DNA of 63,675 nt, filler included, from Octopus bimaculoides (taxonomy: Eukaryota): the NCBI RefSeq assembly GCF_001194135.2. It is 4 parts of 4 records of this genome, joined end to end, with 100 filler letters (N's around TTAATTAATTAA, not from the genome) between each part and the next. Parts side by side here need not be neighbours in the genome. Positions count along the whole stretch, not along the records: positions 25,970 to 57,893 come from NC_068991.1; 3 more parts are not named here. The stretch is one strand, 5' to 3'. Numbering within the stretch: position 1 is the first letter of the stretch; each line of letters opens with the position of its first letter. The translations under genes and the position numbers were made by a program. The notes under the pieces were generated by a model. That model did not search any database. It was not told the DNA's origin and saw only the letters and a list, made by a program, of their open reading frames with translations. Below are positions 39,358-50,115 of the stretch, piece by piece.

Positions 39358-40140
39358 TGTTACNNNNNNNNNNNNNNNNNNNNNNNNNNNNNNNNNNNNN
39401 NNNNNNNNNNNNNNNNNNNNNNNNNNNNNNNNNNNNNNNNNNNNNNNNNNNNNNNNNNNNNNNNNNNNNNNNNNNNNNNNNNNNNNNNNNNNNNNNNNNN
39501 NNNNNNNNNNNNNNNNNNNNNNNNNNNNNNNNNNNNNNNNNNNNNNNNNNNNNNNNNNNNNNNNNNNNNNNNNNNNNNNNNNNNNNNNNNNNNNNNNNNN
39601 NNNNNNNNNNNNNNNNNNNNNNNNNNNNNNNNNNNNNNNNNNNNNNNNNNNNNNNNNNNNNNNNNNNNNNNNNNNNNNNNNNNNNNNCATTGAAGAAAGT
39701 GATTTCATTTGTAGTAAAACAACAGAAAAAAGGTTCTTAAAAAAACATAGAAATGAAAATGGAATTCCCAAATATACGAAACAAAGAAAATGGAAAATAC
39801 TCTACGGCCAATAACCTACAAATTGCAACAGAGAGGACGTTCAGAGTCAGAGTGAAAGCCAACAATGACTAAATGACACTGATTTAGAAGCAGAAATAGA
39901 TCTAATTTTCACTGCACAGAGTCAATGATTGATAATAAACAATTACAAAATTATAACCACGAAAAATATTATTGACATTAATTTTAGACTATGCAACCAG
40001 AACCAATTGATTACATCATTTTCGACTGCCCAGTCCGTGCCAAGTCCGAATATATCCACAGACACACTTGAACCGACAGCTATGTCTACTGGGCAATATG
40101 CCCGACACTTCGACGTGCAGACGTATAAGTGATATAAATA
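38300..40140 (+). mobile_element. Heavily degraded R4/Dong-like LINE (RT thumb to CCHC knuckle), interrupted by a repeat, microsatellite and gap
   Basis: LSRIQSEGDLIQIENYYKITTLELRKYM near 39150; DLEAEIDLIFTAQSQ..FRLC and IDYIIFDCPVRAKSEYIHRH..YVYWAIC at 39880-40110. Confidence 0.75.
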
Positions 40141-40204
40141 TGTATCAAATACGGTACGGGTCAACAACCTGACAGTAACAAAAAGAATAAAAACAATATA
40201 ATGA

Positions 40205-41450
40205 TTTCTGATTTAAGCATAGGGGTCAAAGTTTTGAGTGGAGAGAGCTTAGTCGATACCATTCGGCTACAGTACTAAGTAGGTATTTTGTTGTCTCGAC
40301 CTCAGAGGGATGAGGAGTAAGCCTGACTTCGGCGAGATTTGAAATTTGAACGTAAAACCGCTAAACATTTTTTCTGGCGTCTTAGTGATTCTTCCAGCTC
40401 ACTACCTTCGGTCAATCTGCTTTATATTTTCAATTAGAAAAATTAACTCTTTCGATACAAGTCCGCCTGAGACAGCCCTTGGTTCTGTGAGAGAAATTTC
40501 CTGTATAAAGTCGATCTAAATTAAAGTTTTCCGCGTTTATTTCATGTTAATTAATGTTCCATATACCATTTTAGTCATCCTTTCTGCTATAGACACAGGG
40601 CCAGAAATTTTGGGGTAGAAGTATAGTCGATAACGGCAACTCCAGTGCTCGACTGGTACCTTTTTCATTTACCCTGAATGAGTAAAAAAAACAAAATCGA
40701 CTCGTCAGGATTTGAACTCAGAACATAAAGACGAGCGAAATGTCGCTAAGCATTTTGTCCAGCGCAGTAATGACTCTGCTAGTTCGCCGCCTTATATACC
40801 ATTTTAATCATTCCTTTCTAATATAGACACACGGCTTGAAATTTTGTGGTAAGAGGCTTGTCGGTTACACCCACCCCAGTTCTTGACTATGTATCGATCC
40901 CCTGCGTACGATTGGTACTTTATTTTACTGACTCGGAATGGATGAAAGGTGAAGTTGACCTCGGCAGAAGAAATGCCTCTAAGCATTTTAACCGGCGTTC
41001 TAACCATTCCGCCAGCTCGCCGCGTTGTAATTATTTCTACAAAAGGTACAAAGCTTGAAATTTCGTGGGAGGAAACTAGTTTATTATGTTGGCCCTCAAT
41101 GCTCAGCTGGTACTTTATTTTATTGACCCCTAAGGGATGAAAAGCAAAATTGACCACAACAGAATTTGAACTCAGAACATTAAACCAGAAAAAATGCCGC
41201 TATGCATTTTAACCGGAGTGCTAACTATTCTGCCAGCTCACCGCATTGTAATTCTTTCTTCTATAGACACAAGGCCTCAAATTTCGGGAAGAAGCTACTC
41301 AATTACGTTGATACCAATACTCAACTGGACGGAAAAGACGGAAGGCAAAGTTAACCTTCGGCGGAATTTGAACTCAGAGCGTAAAGCCTGACGAATTGCC
41401 GATAAGTTTTTTTGGTCTGATGCAATAACGATTCTGCTAGTTCACTGCCT
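40205..41450 (-). mobile_element. Five co-oriented SINE family B copies, the last four in tandem
   Basis: Copies near 40205-40410, 40585-40792, 40815-41022, 41035-41232 and 41255-41450; a MITE fragment lies at 40443-40560. Confidence 0.85.
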
Positions 41451-43477
41451 GACTTGACTTGGTGCATAATGACAGCGCAATTCATATAATGTCATTACAT
41501 GCATGTAAAAAAATATTCACGTTTTATTTCAATGTATAAAATATAATCATATAACAAAACCACTGACAAAAAAAAAAAAACGTTAGAGCAATCATCGTTC
41601 GCTAAGGTTTTCCCTTTGACATTTTTCATGAGTTCGTCGTGGAAAGAGAAGAAACAGGCAGAGTAGGACAAGTAAGAAAGGGTAGAGGAATAGGACGCGA
41701 ATAAGAAGGTGGTGAAGGAAGCGGACAAAGGTTATAGAGGTGACATGGAAATAGAGGAGGTGTGAGAATGTATCGCTTGGGCCTATTTGTGACAGTTTTG
41801 TGTAAGAAAAGGCAAAGTAATAAATATATATATAAATAACTATTGCGTCTCTTAAGCTAATGGCTGTAGCATATTGATGAGTAGCCTTAAGAATGAGTTG
41901 TACGTTCTAACATGTTAATTAATTGGATTAAGAAAATGCTGTACGTGCAATTTCAGATTAGTCCGCAAATAAATTTAACTCATTTTAATTCATAGTATAA
42001 CAAGTGATCTCTGTCAAAATGATTGTTGTTTAGCCTCAAATCAGTTCGGTGGCTGAAACATATTGATGGGTAACTTTTAGAATACGCTTTACTTTTTAGC
42101 ATGTTAATGAGTTAGATTTAAAAAAAGGTTGAGCATTCAATTCTAGATTTAATTCGTTGTGTTGCCAGCAATCCTAGTCGAAATAATCGTTATTCAGTTC
42201 CATGTCAGCCCTAATCCAGGTCACCTTTGATTATAAGCTTTCCATTTAATAAACTCTTCATTTTTTAACATTTATTTTTTTAGTGTATCCACGTCCAGAT
42301 ACACTGGATCTTAGCCTGGACGGTTGCACCTCCTTGGGAGCATTGGGAGCTAACAAGGAGGTGGCAAATGTCAAGGAGCACTATAGGGTGAAGGAGGGGC
42401 GCGGGGTGCTACGTTTTTATGAAAGAGTCATAATTTTTGTAAGAAATAAAATATTTTAACCAGGGACAATAATCATATTTTACAATACATTTTTTTTTTG
42501 TCGGAATTAAGTCTGGACATTGTGTAATCATGATGAGGTGCTAAGTTTTAATACAATTTCGTTTATTTTAGTCTTCGCCCTCTTCAGAAATTTCCATAGA
42601 AAATTAAACATAGAGGCATTTACTCCATGCAAATATCTAAAAGGAGGTAAGTGTTGGTCGATTGGAATTCCATAATATGGATGATATATATATGATGGCA
42701 AAGAGAAGGTTTCTTAATCATTCGGTGAAAGGGAGTGTTGTGTTACACAAAAGGTTGATAATCAATTATCTAGCCTAATATATACTATTAAATGTCTTTT
42801 TTGTTGTTTCTTTTTCTATTCGAAGGGAAAGGCAATCTGAAAATCGCATTGGTTGTTATTTCTTGCAGGTCAAAGCAATGCATAACGATTTCCTCACGTT
42901 CTCGATTCTCATTGACTTTATTAAAGGGGGTGAGTTAGCCAAAACAGTAGAGAGCCAATTTCGATGTAATTTTCAGCATTTAACCTCATTCCTCTATATT
43001 CTGGAGTCAAATGACATCAGCATCGGCCTCTTATTCTTTACATCTTCCATCAAGGTCAAGGCAGTGAGCACCAGTAATATACTAGGTTCAATTCAATGAG
43101 CCATATTCATTTCCTTCCTTACCAAAATTGGCTTTCTGCCAAAGTAATAAATCCTTGTTATTAACTTTCCGTTCCTTTCACTCCAATGAATGTATTTGAT
43201 CAGTCATATAAAACAAGATTTTTTTTTCCATTTATTTATTTAATCTAATACTGAAAGCCATCATCTAATAAAGCAAGCGTTCTTTTAAGAAACTGCGGTC
43301 TTATATCATATATAGCTATTTTTCCATCATTCATGTAAGCCAGCTGCCAGGCAGCTCAGCAGTTATTAATAAATATATCAGCCAGTCTAAATAGAACAGA
43401 GCTAGTTGGCTGGCTGACTGACAGGCCGGCTGGCTTGTTGGTGTACGGTAATGGTGAATAAACGAATGGAAAATTCC

Positions 43478-43485
43478 ATGACGTC
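43478..43485. promoter_or_regulatory. Perfect palindromic CRE (TGACGTCA)
   Basis: Exact match in non-repetitive CpG-containing sequence ~230 bp upstream of a candidate first coding exon; function is not shown. Confidence 0.3.
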
Positions 43486-43713
43486 AGGCAAGCTACTCTC
43501 TGCTTTTGTAATATCTGGACGACCGAAAAGACGTTTATGTCAGACAAGCATAGCTCTATAACGATAGGCTGTAATAAAAATCGTATTCTTCTTGATGTTC
43601 TTCTTCTTCATCTTCTGTTCAACAACGCTTTCATTTTATTTATTCATTTAATCTGCTTTTCGCTTTACATGTTTTATTTCATACATGCATTTCAATAAAG
43701 ACACCGGTGGTGA

Positions 43714-43870
43714 ATGGCACTATGCCGCAAGACAAGAGGCAACAAACAAGTTCCTGCCAACGAGGCGCAATTTCAATCCCTGTTTGAAGCTGTCATTTCA
43801 CTTACAACGTTGTTGTTGTTGTTGTTGTTACTGCTGCTGCTGCAACTGCTGCTGCTGCTGCTCTTGCAAT
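43714..43870 (+). CDS. Candidate first coding exon encoding a signal-peptide/anchor-like N-terminus
   Basis: ATG 43714 opens MALCRKTRGNKQVPANEAQFQSLFEAVISLTTLLLLLLLLLLLQLLLLLLLQ, then a phase-1 GTTAGT donor at 43871; the Leu run comes from TTG/CTG repeats. Confidence 0.25.
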
Positions 43871-44329
43871 GTTAGTTGTTGTTGTTCTGCTTGTCTGCTT
43901 CAGTTTGAATTGATCAGTTCTAAGATCAAAAGTGTTGCAATAGAAACCGTCTCACACCTTCCAGACACGACATTGTTTGATCTGGAGGAGACTTAGCTGC
44001 AATTTCTAGCAGGTTGAATGAATACTTAGACCCTTCCTCGTTCAGTCGTCGAGAAAGCTAATGAAGTTTATACCACAATATTTTTACTTTACTGTTGAAA
44101 GCAGCTTTGCCACAGGGAAAGAGTGTAGACATCCAGTGGTATGAAACAGTACTAGTGGATATTTATCCATTCGATCAGTAATTAGTAGTGGCGCTAATAT
44201 GTCGCCCGCTTTAACGCCATTTTTATTTCATGTTCATAATGTGTTCTTCGGTCGTATAGAAGTAGAAACTAAATTTATGTATTCAGACATGTTTGTTCTA
44301 AGGAATACAGACAGACAGACAGACAGACG

Positions 44330-44381
<52 letters not shown>

Positions 44382-44869
44382 CATACATACATACATACAT
44401 ACATACATAGATTCACCGACATACAAAGACACGTGCACATACATACGAACGTGCACACATGTATACGAACGTGCACACATGTATACGAACATCTGTGTGT
44501 GTGTGGGGGGGGGTTAATTAATTTATGGGGTTTGGTGACTAAGTGTATCAACGGAACTGCTACTTAAATTCCACTTGTAAAATGAAGAATTCTGTAAAAA
44601 TAGGTTCTAATTGTAGATTATCTCAATAGTAATAGCATGGCACTTCGTGCAAACGAATTTTTTCTAAAAGAAAACCAAATTTTCTTACCTCCATTTTCGC
44701 TTTACAAACAAGTTAACCAAAGAACTCTTTATACGATTCCTTGATTTGCTAGATATAGCAACTACATGTGCCTCAAAACGACATTCTACTATGCTTTAAA
44801 GAAAAAAAACACGTTAAATAATGGAAATTAGGTTGATTTTGTTTCGGAAAATTTGCGATATATTCACTT

Positions 44870-45125
44870 CTATATCTAAGAGATGAGGAATTATGTATAT
44901 TATTTATATTTGACGGATATTTGTCCTCATCTTGTTTGTTGTTTACACAACATTTCAGCTGATATACCCTCCAGCCTTCCTCAGACGTCTTGGGGAAATT
45001 TCGAACCTGGGTTCTCATTCCTAAGGTATTTTTCAATGATATTATTATTATTATTATTATTAAGGTCGCTGCTTGGAATCGAACTCGGAATCTTGGAGTT
45101 AGTAGCCCGCGCTCTTAACCACAGA
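44870..45125 (-). mobile_element. SINE family E (tRNA head, (AAT)n, Penelope-like 3' half with hammerhead motif), 5' clipped
   Basis: Reverse complement of 45272-45530; motif GACGT-CTGAGGA-AGGCTG..CAGCT-GAAA-TG-TT-GTGT at 44944-44989. Confidence 0.85.
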
Positions 45126-45271
45126 CAACATTAAAATAACGCCCATGCGCCATTAAAAGTGCCTTGTTATCAACACGTATAGACTTTATTGGTCTCTTCT
45201 GTATTTAAAGATATTTCATAAATTCATCTTCAAATTAAATTGTTGATTGATAGTTATGATAATCAAGCTGC

Positions 45272-45339
45272 TTATGGCGTAGTGGTTATGAGCGCAGGCT
45301 ACTAACCCCCAAGATTCCGAGTTCGATTCCAAGCAGCGA

Positions 45340-45377
<38 letters not shown>

Positions 45378-45530
45378 TCGAAAAACACCTTAGGAATGAG
45401 AACCCAGGTTCGAAATTTCCCCAAGACACCTGATGAAGGCTGGAGGGTATATCAGACGAAACGTTGTGTTAACAACAAACAAGATGAGGACAAGTATCCG
45501 TCAAATGTAAATAATGTAAATAATGTATTG
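45272..45530 (+). mobile_element. SINE family E, full length
   Basis: TGGCGTAGTGGTT A-box, GAGTTCGATTCC B-box, (AAT)n spacer, hammerhead-like motif at 45425-45470, (TGTAAATAA) repeated tail. Confidence 0.88.
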
Positions 45531-45644
45531 ATGTATGGTTTTAAGGTCCTGCTTTGATGAAAATACTATCAGAAATTCCATAGGGATTGCACCCCATGAC
45601 TATTTCAGCACTGGGAGCTATATAATCGATTTGCCCCATACGCC

Positions 45645-46680
45645 CAGATTTTCATCCTTGTACCTACAGTACAAAAGATTATGGTGCTAGTATTATCACA
45701 GCCATGTGAAACATCAAGCTACATTTTTAAAATTCAAAAGCAGCTTGATAATGATAACTATCAATCAACAATTTAATTTGAAGATGAATTTATGAAATAT
45801 CTTTAAATATAGAAGAGACTAATAAAGTCTATACTTGTTGATAACATGGCCCTTTTAATGGCGCATGGGTGTTATTTTATTGCTGTCTTTAACTTGAAAG
45901 GTAATATCTTATTTTGTAAAATGCCTAGAATCTGATACCACTTCGGGTTTATTTATATTGCTTTAAGGTCCTGGTTTGATGAAAATAATATCAGAGATTT
46001 CATATCGATTGCAACCCATGTTGATAAGGTATGAAGGATTCATGGCAGATTTGAAAAATAAACGACCTGTATCCTAGAATCAAAGCAGTTCTTTTTTATT
46101 TTATTTTAATTAGTTACCGGTTCGGTAGCTAAACTTGAAGCCAAATTTAGCTACCAGTTTGGTAGCTAGCTAAAACGATTAAAACCACACACATAATATA
46201 ATAATCACATTATCATTTTAGCAGCAAAAAACTAATTTTAAATTGATGAAGCCTCATTCTAGAAAACTAGGCGAATCCACCACCTGTGAATATTGTCTGT
46301 GAATACTGAAGAACAAGTTGAAAATCTTAGAAGAATTAATTTCTCAATTCAGTTTGCCAAGTCGGTAACAAGATTCTTTTAATGGTGTATGGACGTCATT
46401 AAACCAGCAACTTTTTCAAAAGAAAATTACATTTAAACATAATTTGGCATTTCTTGTTTGTGAATTATTATCGATTTGGTGCAGGCATGGGTATGGAGTT
46501 AAGCTGCTTGCTTTCCAGCCACGCGGTTTCGTGTTCAGTTCCACTGTGCAATACCTTAGAAAAGTGTCTTCTTCTACAGCTTCGGGCTGACCAGTGCCTA
46601 CTGAGTGAATGAATTTGGTTGTCGGAAACTGAAAGCCCGCCGAATAAAATATGCATATATTTTATGCGTGTATGTGTATG
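45645..46680 (+). repeat. Old duplicated segment (non-SINE sequence plus SINE A)
   Basis: Reverse complement of about 48755-49976; partial copies at 45125-45272 and 51440-52010. Confidence 0.85.
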
Positions 46681-46681
46681 C

Positions 46682-46731
<50 letters not shown>

Positions 46732-46798
46732 NNNNNNNNNNNNNNNNNNNNNNNNNNNNNNNNNNNNNNNNNNNNNNNNNNNNNNNNNNNNNNNNNNN

Positions 46799-46830
<32 letters not shown>

Positions 46831-46836
<6 letters not shown>

Positions 46837-47279
46837 TCCAGAAAATGGAGATGTAGCAGGAATATAATTTATTAACTGCAAAAATTCAACATATTCTCTT
46901 GCAGTTGTTTCGATTTTGCCAAAAGAATTAAATTCCCGTAGTTAAAAACATTATATTGAGCAAAATCTCATCAGAGGAATAGAAAAGACATACCATCAGG
47001 TTATTAGATGTTATACTACCAAATCATCTCAGCAGACTAATATTATGCTACCAAATCATCTCAACTTAACTCAACAGATTAGATGATTTGGTAGCATAAC
47101 ATCTAATGACTTAACGGTATGTCTTTTCTACTCCTCTGATGAGATTTTACCCAATATAATGTTTTTAATTACTGAAATTTAATTATTTGGGTAAAATCGA
47201 AACGGCTTTAAGAGAATATACTGAATTTTTGCAGTTAATAAATTATACCAGTGCTACATCTCCATTTTCTAAATTTTAA
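46831..47279. repeat. ~450-bp foldback; each arm carries a hammerhead-like motif
   Basis: TTAAAATCCAGAAAATGGAGATGTAGCA versus TGCTACATCTCCATTTTCTAAATTTTAA; cores at 46968-46974 (-) and 47136-47142 (+). Confidence 0.9.
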
Positions 47280-48164
47280 TTTGAATATTTATAAACCAAG
47301 ATTTATACTTAAACCTATTATTTTATGAATATTACTATTCACAAAAAAATAATAGGTAATGAACCAGTAATTCATTGGATATTTTATCCCTTAATGAGGA
47401 TATTTTAATCTCTATTTATATATATAATTTGAGTCTAATGTTTTCATTCATCACAATATGAAAACTCGCGTTTTCAAGTAGAAGATTCATGATAGTTTAC
47501 TCAGAGGAGAAAACCAGTAGTAACATCTGGTTATGTTGTAAGAAAACAATAAATGCTCTCTATAATTTCATTGTATCATTGAGGTCTTTGTTATTACCTA
47601 ATACTACGACCACCTAAGACTTTTCGGCGGCTGAGAGAGAGAAGAATCGTTCGACTACTTTCCTCAAATCAAATACCGTTCGACTACATTCCTCTAATCA
47701 AATATCGCTTAATTCTATTCTCGTTTGCCAAAGTAATTGTCTCTACACAATTAATACATTGTTTAATTTACGTTTTTAACAATACGATAGTATATTCTTC
47801 ATAACTTGTCCAGTTGAGAGGTGATATTAGACGTTTCTCAACGGGGAATATTTTTATCACCTCAGTTTGTAGTAGAGGTGAAGATGAAATTCTTGGGGAG
47901 AAAGTGTGAAAAGATTTGACTGAAAAGTGATGAAAATCTATTTAGACAACGATGAAAATTAAATTAATCTCGAATTACTGATTAAGGTTTTGAAATAGTT
48001 TTGAAAGTATTATATCAGTAATGACGTTACAAGAACCTGACGAATGAGTCTGGCAATGAGGTGGGGACCGTCATTCAAAACCTTCTACAGTGTCTCAGTG
48101 GCGGTCATGCGTACAGTGTTCAGTTCGTGGGAACGAAAGTGGGTGTTAATTTTGGGGGCTATTA

Positions 48165-48545
48165 TTATTTCTAAAGTGGTGAGTTGGATAAAACACTTAA
48201 GCGACATTTCGTCCGTCTTTACGTTCTGAGTTCAAATTCCGCCGAGGTCGACATTACCTTTCATCCTTTCGAGTCGATTAAATAAGTACCAGTTGAATAC
48301 TGGGGGTCAATGTAATCGACTATCCCCTTCCCCAAATTTCAGGCCTTGTGCCTATAGTAGAAAAGATTATTATTTCTAAACCGTTAAGTTGGATAAAACG
48401 CTTTAGTGACATTTTGTCAGTCTACGTTTTGAGTTCAAAGTACCCCGAGGTCGATTTTGCTTTTTATTCTTTCGGGGTCACTGGTGTCAATGCAATCGCT
48501 TCCTCTACCCTCAAAAACTGCTGGTCCTGTGTCAAAATTTGAAAC
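48165..48545 (+). mobile_element. Two tandem SINE family B copies flanked by ATTATT
   Basis: ttctgagttcaaattccgccgaggtcgac..aagtaccagttgaatactgggggtcaatg..ggccttgtgcc, then a second copy from 48375. Confidence 0.85.
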
Positions 48546-48754
48546 CACTATTCATTATCTCTGATTTTCTTTATAGCTCTCTAGTGGGTGATTCTTAACT
48601 TCCAAATTTGTCCTTTTTATTTTTTACGAGTCCGGAGACAAAGCCTTCGCTGACATTTTTCTAGGCATTAGATTTACTTATTTAATTAATTCTTGTGTAT
48701 CTTATGCATAAAATGGAGTTCTGAATGTTCGCTTTCCTTATGTCTTTTATCTTT

Positions 48755-49976
48755 TACTTGTATCAGCCAATGGACTGCGGTCATGATGGGGCACCGCCTT
48801 GAGGAGTTAAGTCAAACAAAGCGACTCTAGGACTTATTTTTAAACCTGCTATCTATTCTACCGGCCTGTTTTGCCGAACCGCTACGCTACAGAGACATCA
48901 ACAAACCAACGCCGGTTAACGGTTGTCCAGTGATGATAAGGAGACACACACAAAGAAACACATATACATGTATGCATAAATATACAGATAGACAGATAGA
49001 AGACAGTTTTCCACACGCACCGTCAACCAAATTCACTCGCAAGGAATTGGTCGGTAAGAGGCTACTAGGTGCCGTGCTGTAGGACCGAACTCGAAACCAC
49101 GTGGTTGCCAAGCGAGCATCTTAACCACACAGCAATGACTGCGCCTAGCTAATTACAATTCATAAACATGGAATGTCGAAACGTGGTTAAAAGTAATTTT
49201 CTTCTGACAAAGTTGCAAGGTTGAATGGCGTCTATATACCTGGTTATTGACAACTGTAGACTTAACGAAGCGAATTGTGAAATTAGTTTTTCTCAGTCTT
49301 TCAACTTGTTCTTCAATATTCACAAGCAATATTCACAAACGGTGGATTCGCCTACTTTTCTACAATGAGGATTCATTAATTCAAAATTAAGTTTTTGCTG
49401 CTAAAATGATAATGCAATTATTATATTATGCTTGTTTTTAGTGGGTTTTTAGTTTTTAGCAAACTGGTAGCTAAAATTGACTACCGGAAGCTAATTTTAA
49501 AACCTGCAACGAATTGCCGTGATTCTAGGACATAAGTCTCTTTTTTTTCCATTCTGCTACGAATCCTTGATACATTCCGATTATTTAAGTGTCAACATGG
49601 GTTGCAATCGATATCAAATTTCTGATATTATTTTCATCAAACAAGAATCTCAAAGCAATATAAATAAATTCGAAGTGGTATCAGTTTCTAAGCATTTTAC
49701 AAAATAAGATATTGTCTTTCAGCTTACAGACAACATTAAAATAATGCCTATGCGCCATTAAAAGGGCCATGTTATCAACAACTATAGACTTTATCAATCT
49801 CTTCTTCAATATCTAAAGATATTTCATAAATTCATCTTCAAATTAAATTGTTGATTGATAGTTATCATTATCAAGCTGCTTTTGAATTTTAAGAATGTAG
49901 CTTGATGTTTCACATGACAGTGATAATACTAGCACCATAATCTTTTCTACTACAGGTGCAACGATGAAATTTTGGG
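48755..49976 (-). repeat. Inverted copy of the 45645-46680 segment, including a complete SINE A (48755-49145)
   Basis: For example gctgcttttgaattttaagaatgtagcttgatgtttcacatg matches the reverse complement of 45700-45750. Confidence 0.85.
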
Positions 49977-50115
49977 TGGATGGAGCTATATCGCTCTCAA
50001 TCCTTATTTCACCGACCTCAAAAATATCGACAGAATTAGAACTCAGAATGTAAAACCTGGAGGAAATGCAGGTAAGTTTTCATCTGGCGTGCTAACGATT
50101 CTGCCAGCTCACCGA
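49977..50115 (-). mobile_element. SINE family B, partial
   Basis: gaattagaactcagaatg..ctggcgtgctaacgattctgccagctcacc. Confidence 0.7.

Noticed and set aside
10190-41450. CRISPR-like or regularly spaced arrays
   Set aside because: The repeats are ~200-bp SINE copies in a eukaryotic genome; there is no short repeat-spacer structure and no cas genes.
42869-42929. Plus-strand 61-nt exon with good splice sites, or a minus-strand L1/Tx1 RT relic
   Set aside because: Neither reading gives a recognisable peptide and they conflict; too weak to call.
43810-43900. Polyglutamine coding tract on the minus strand
   Set aside because: The Gln frame is bounded by TGA and TAA within about 25 codons; such triplet runs are common throughout the window.
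45272-45345. tRNA gene
   Set aside because: tRNA-like boxes but no proper acceptor stem or Pol III terminator, and it continues into a repeat body found twice; it is a SINE head.
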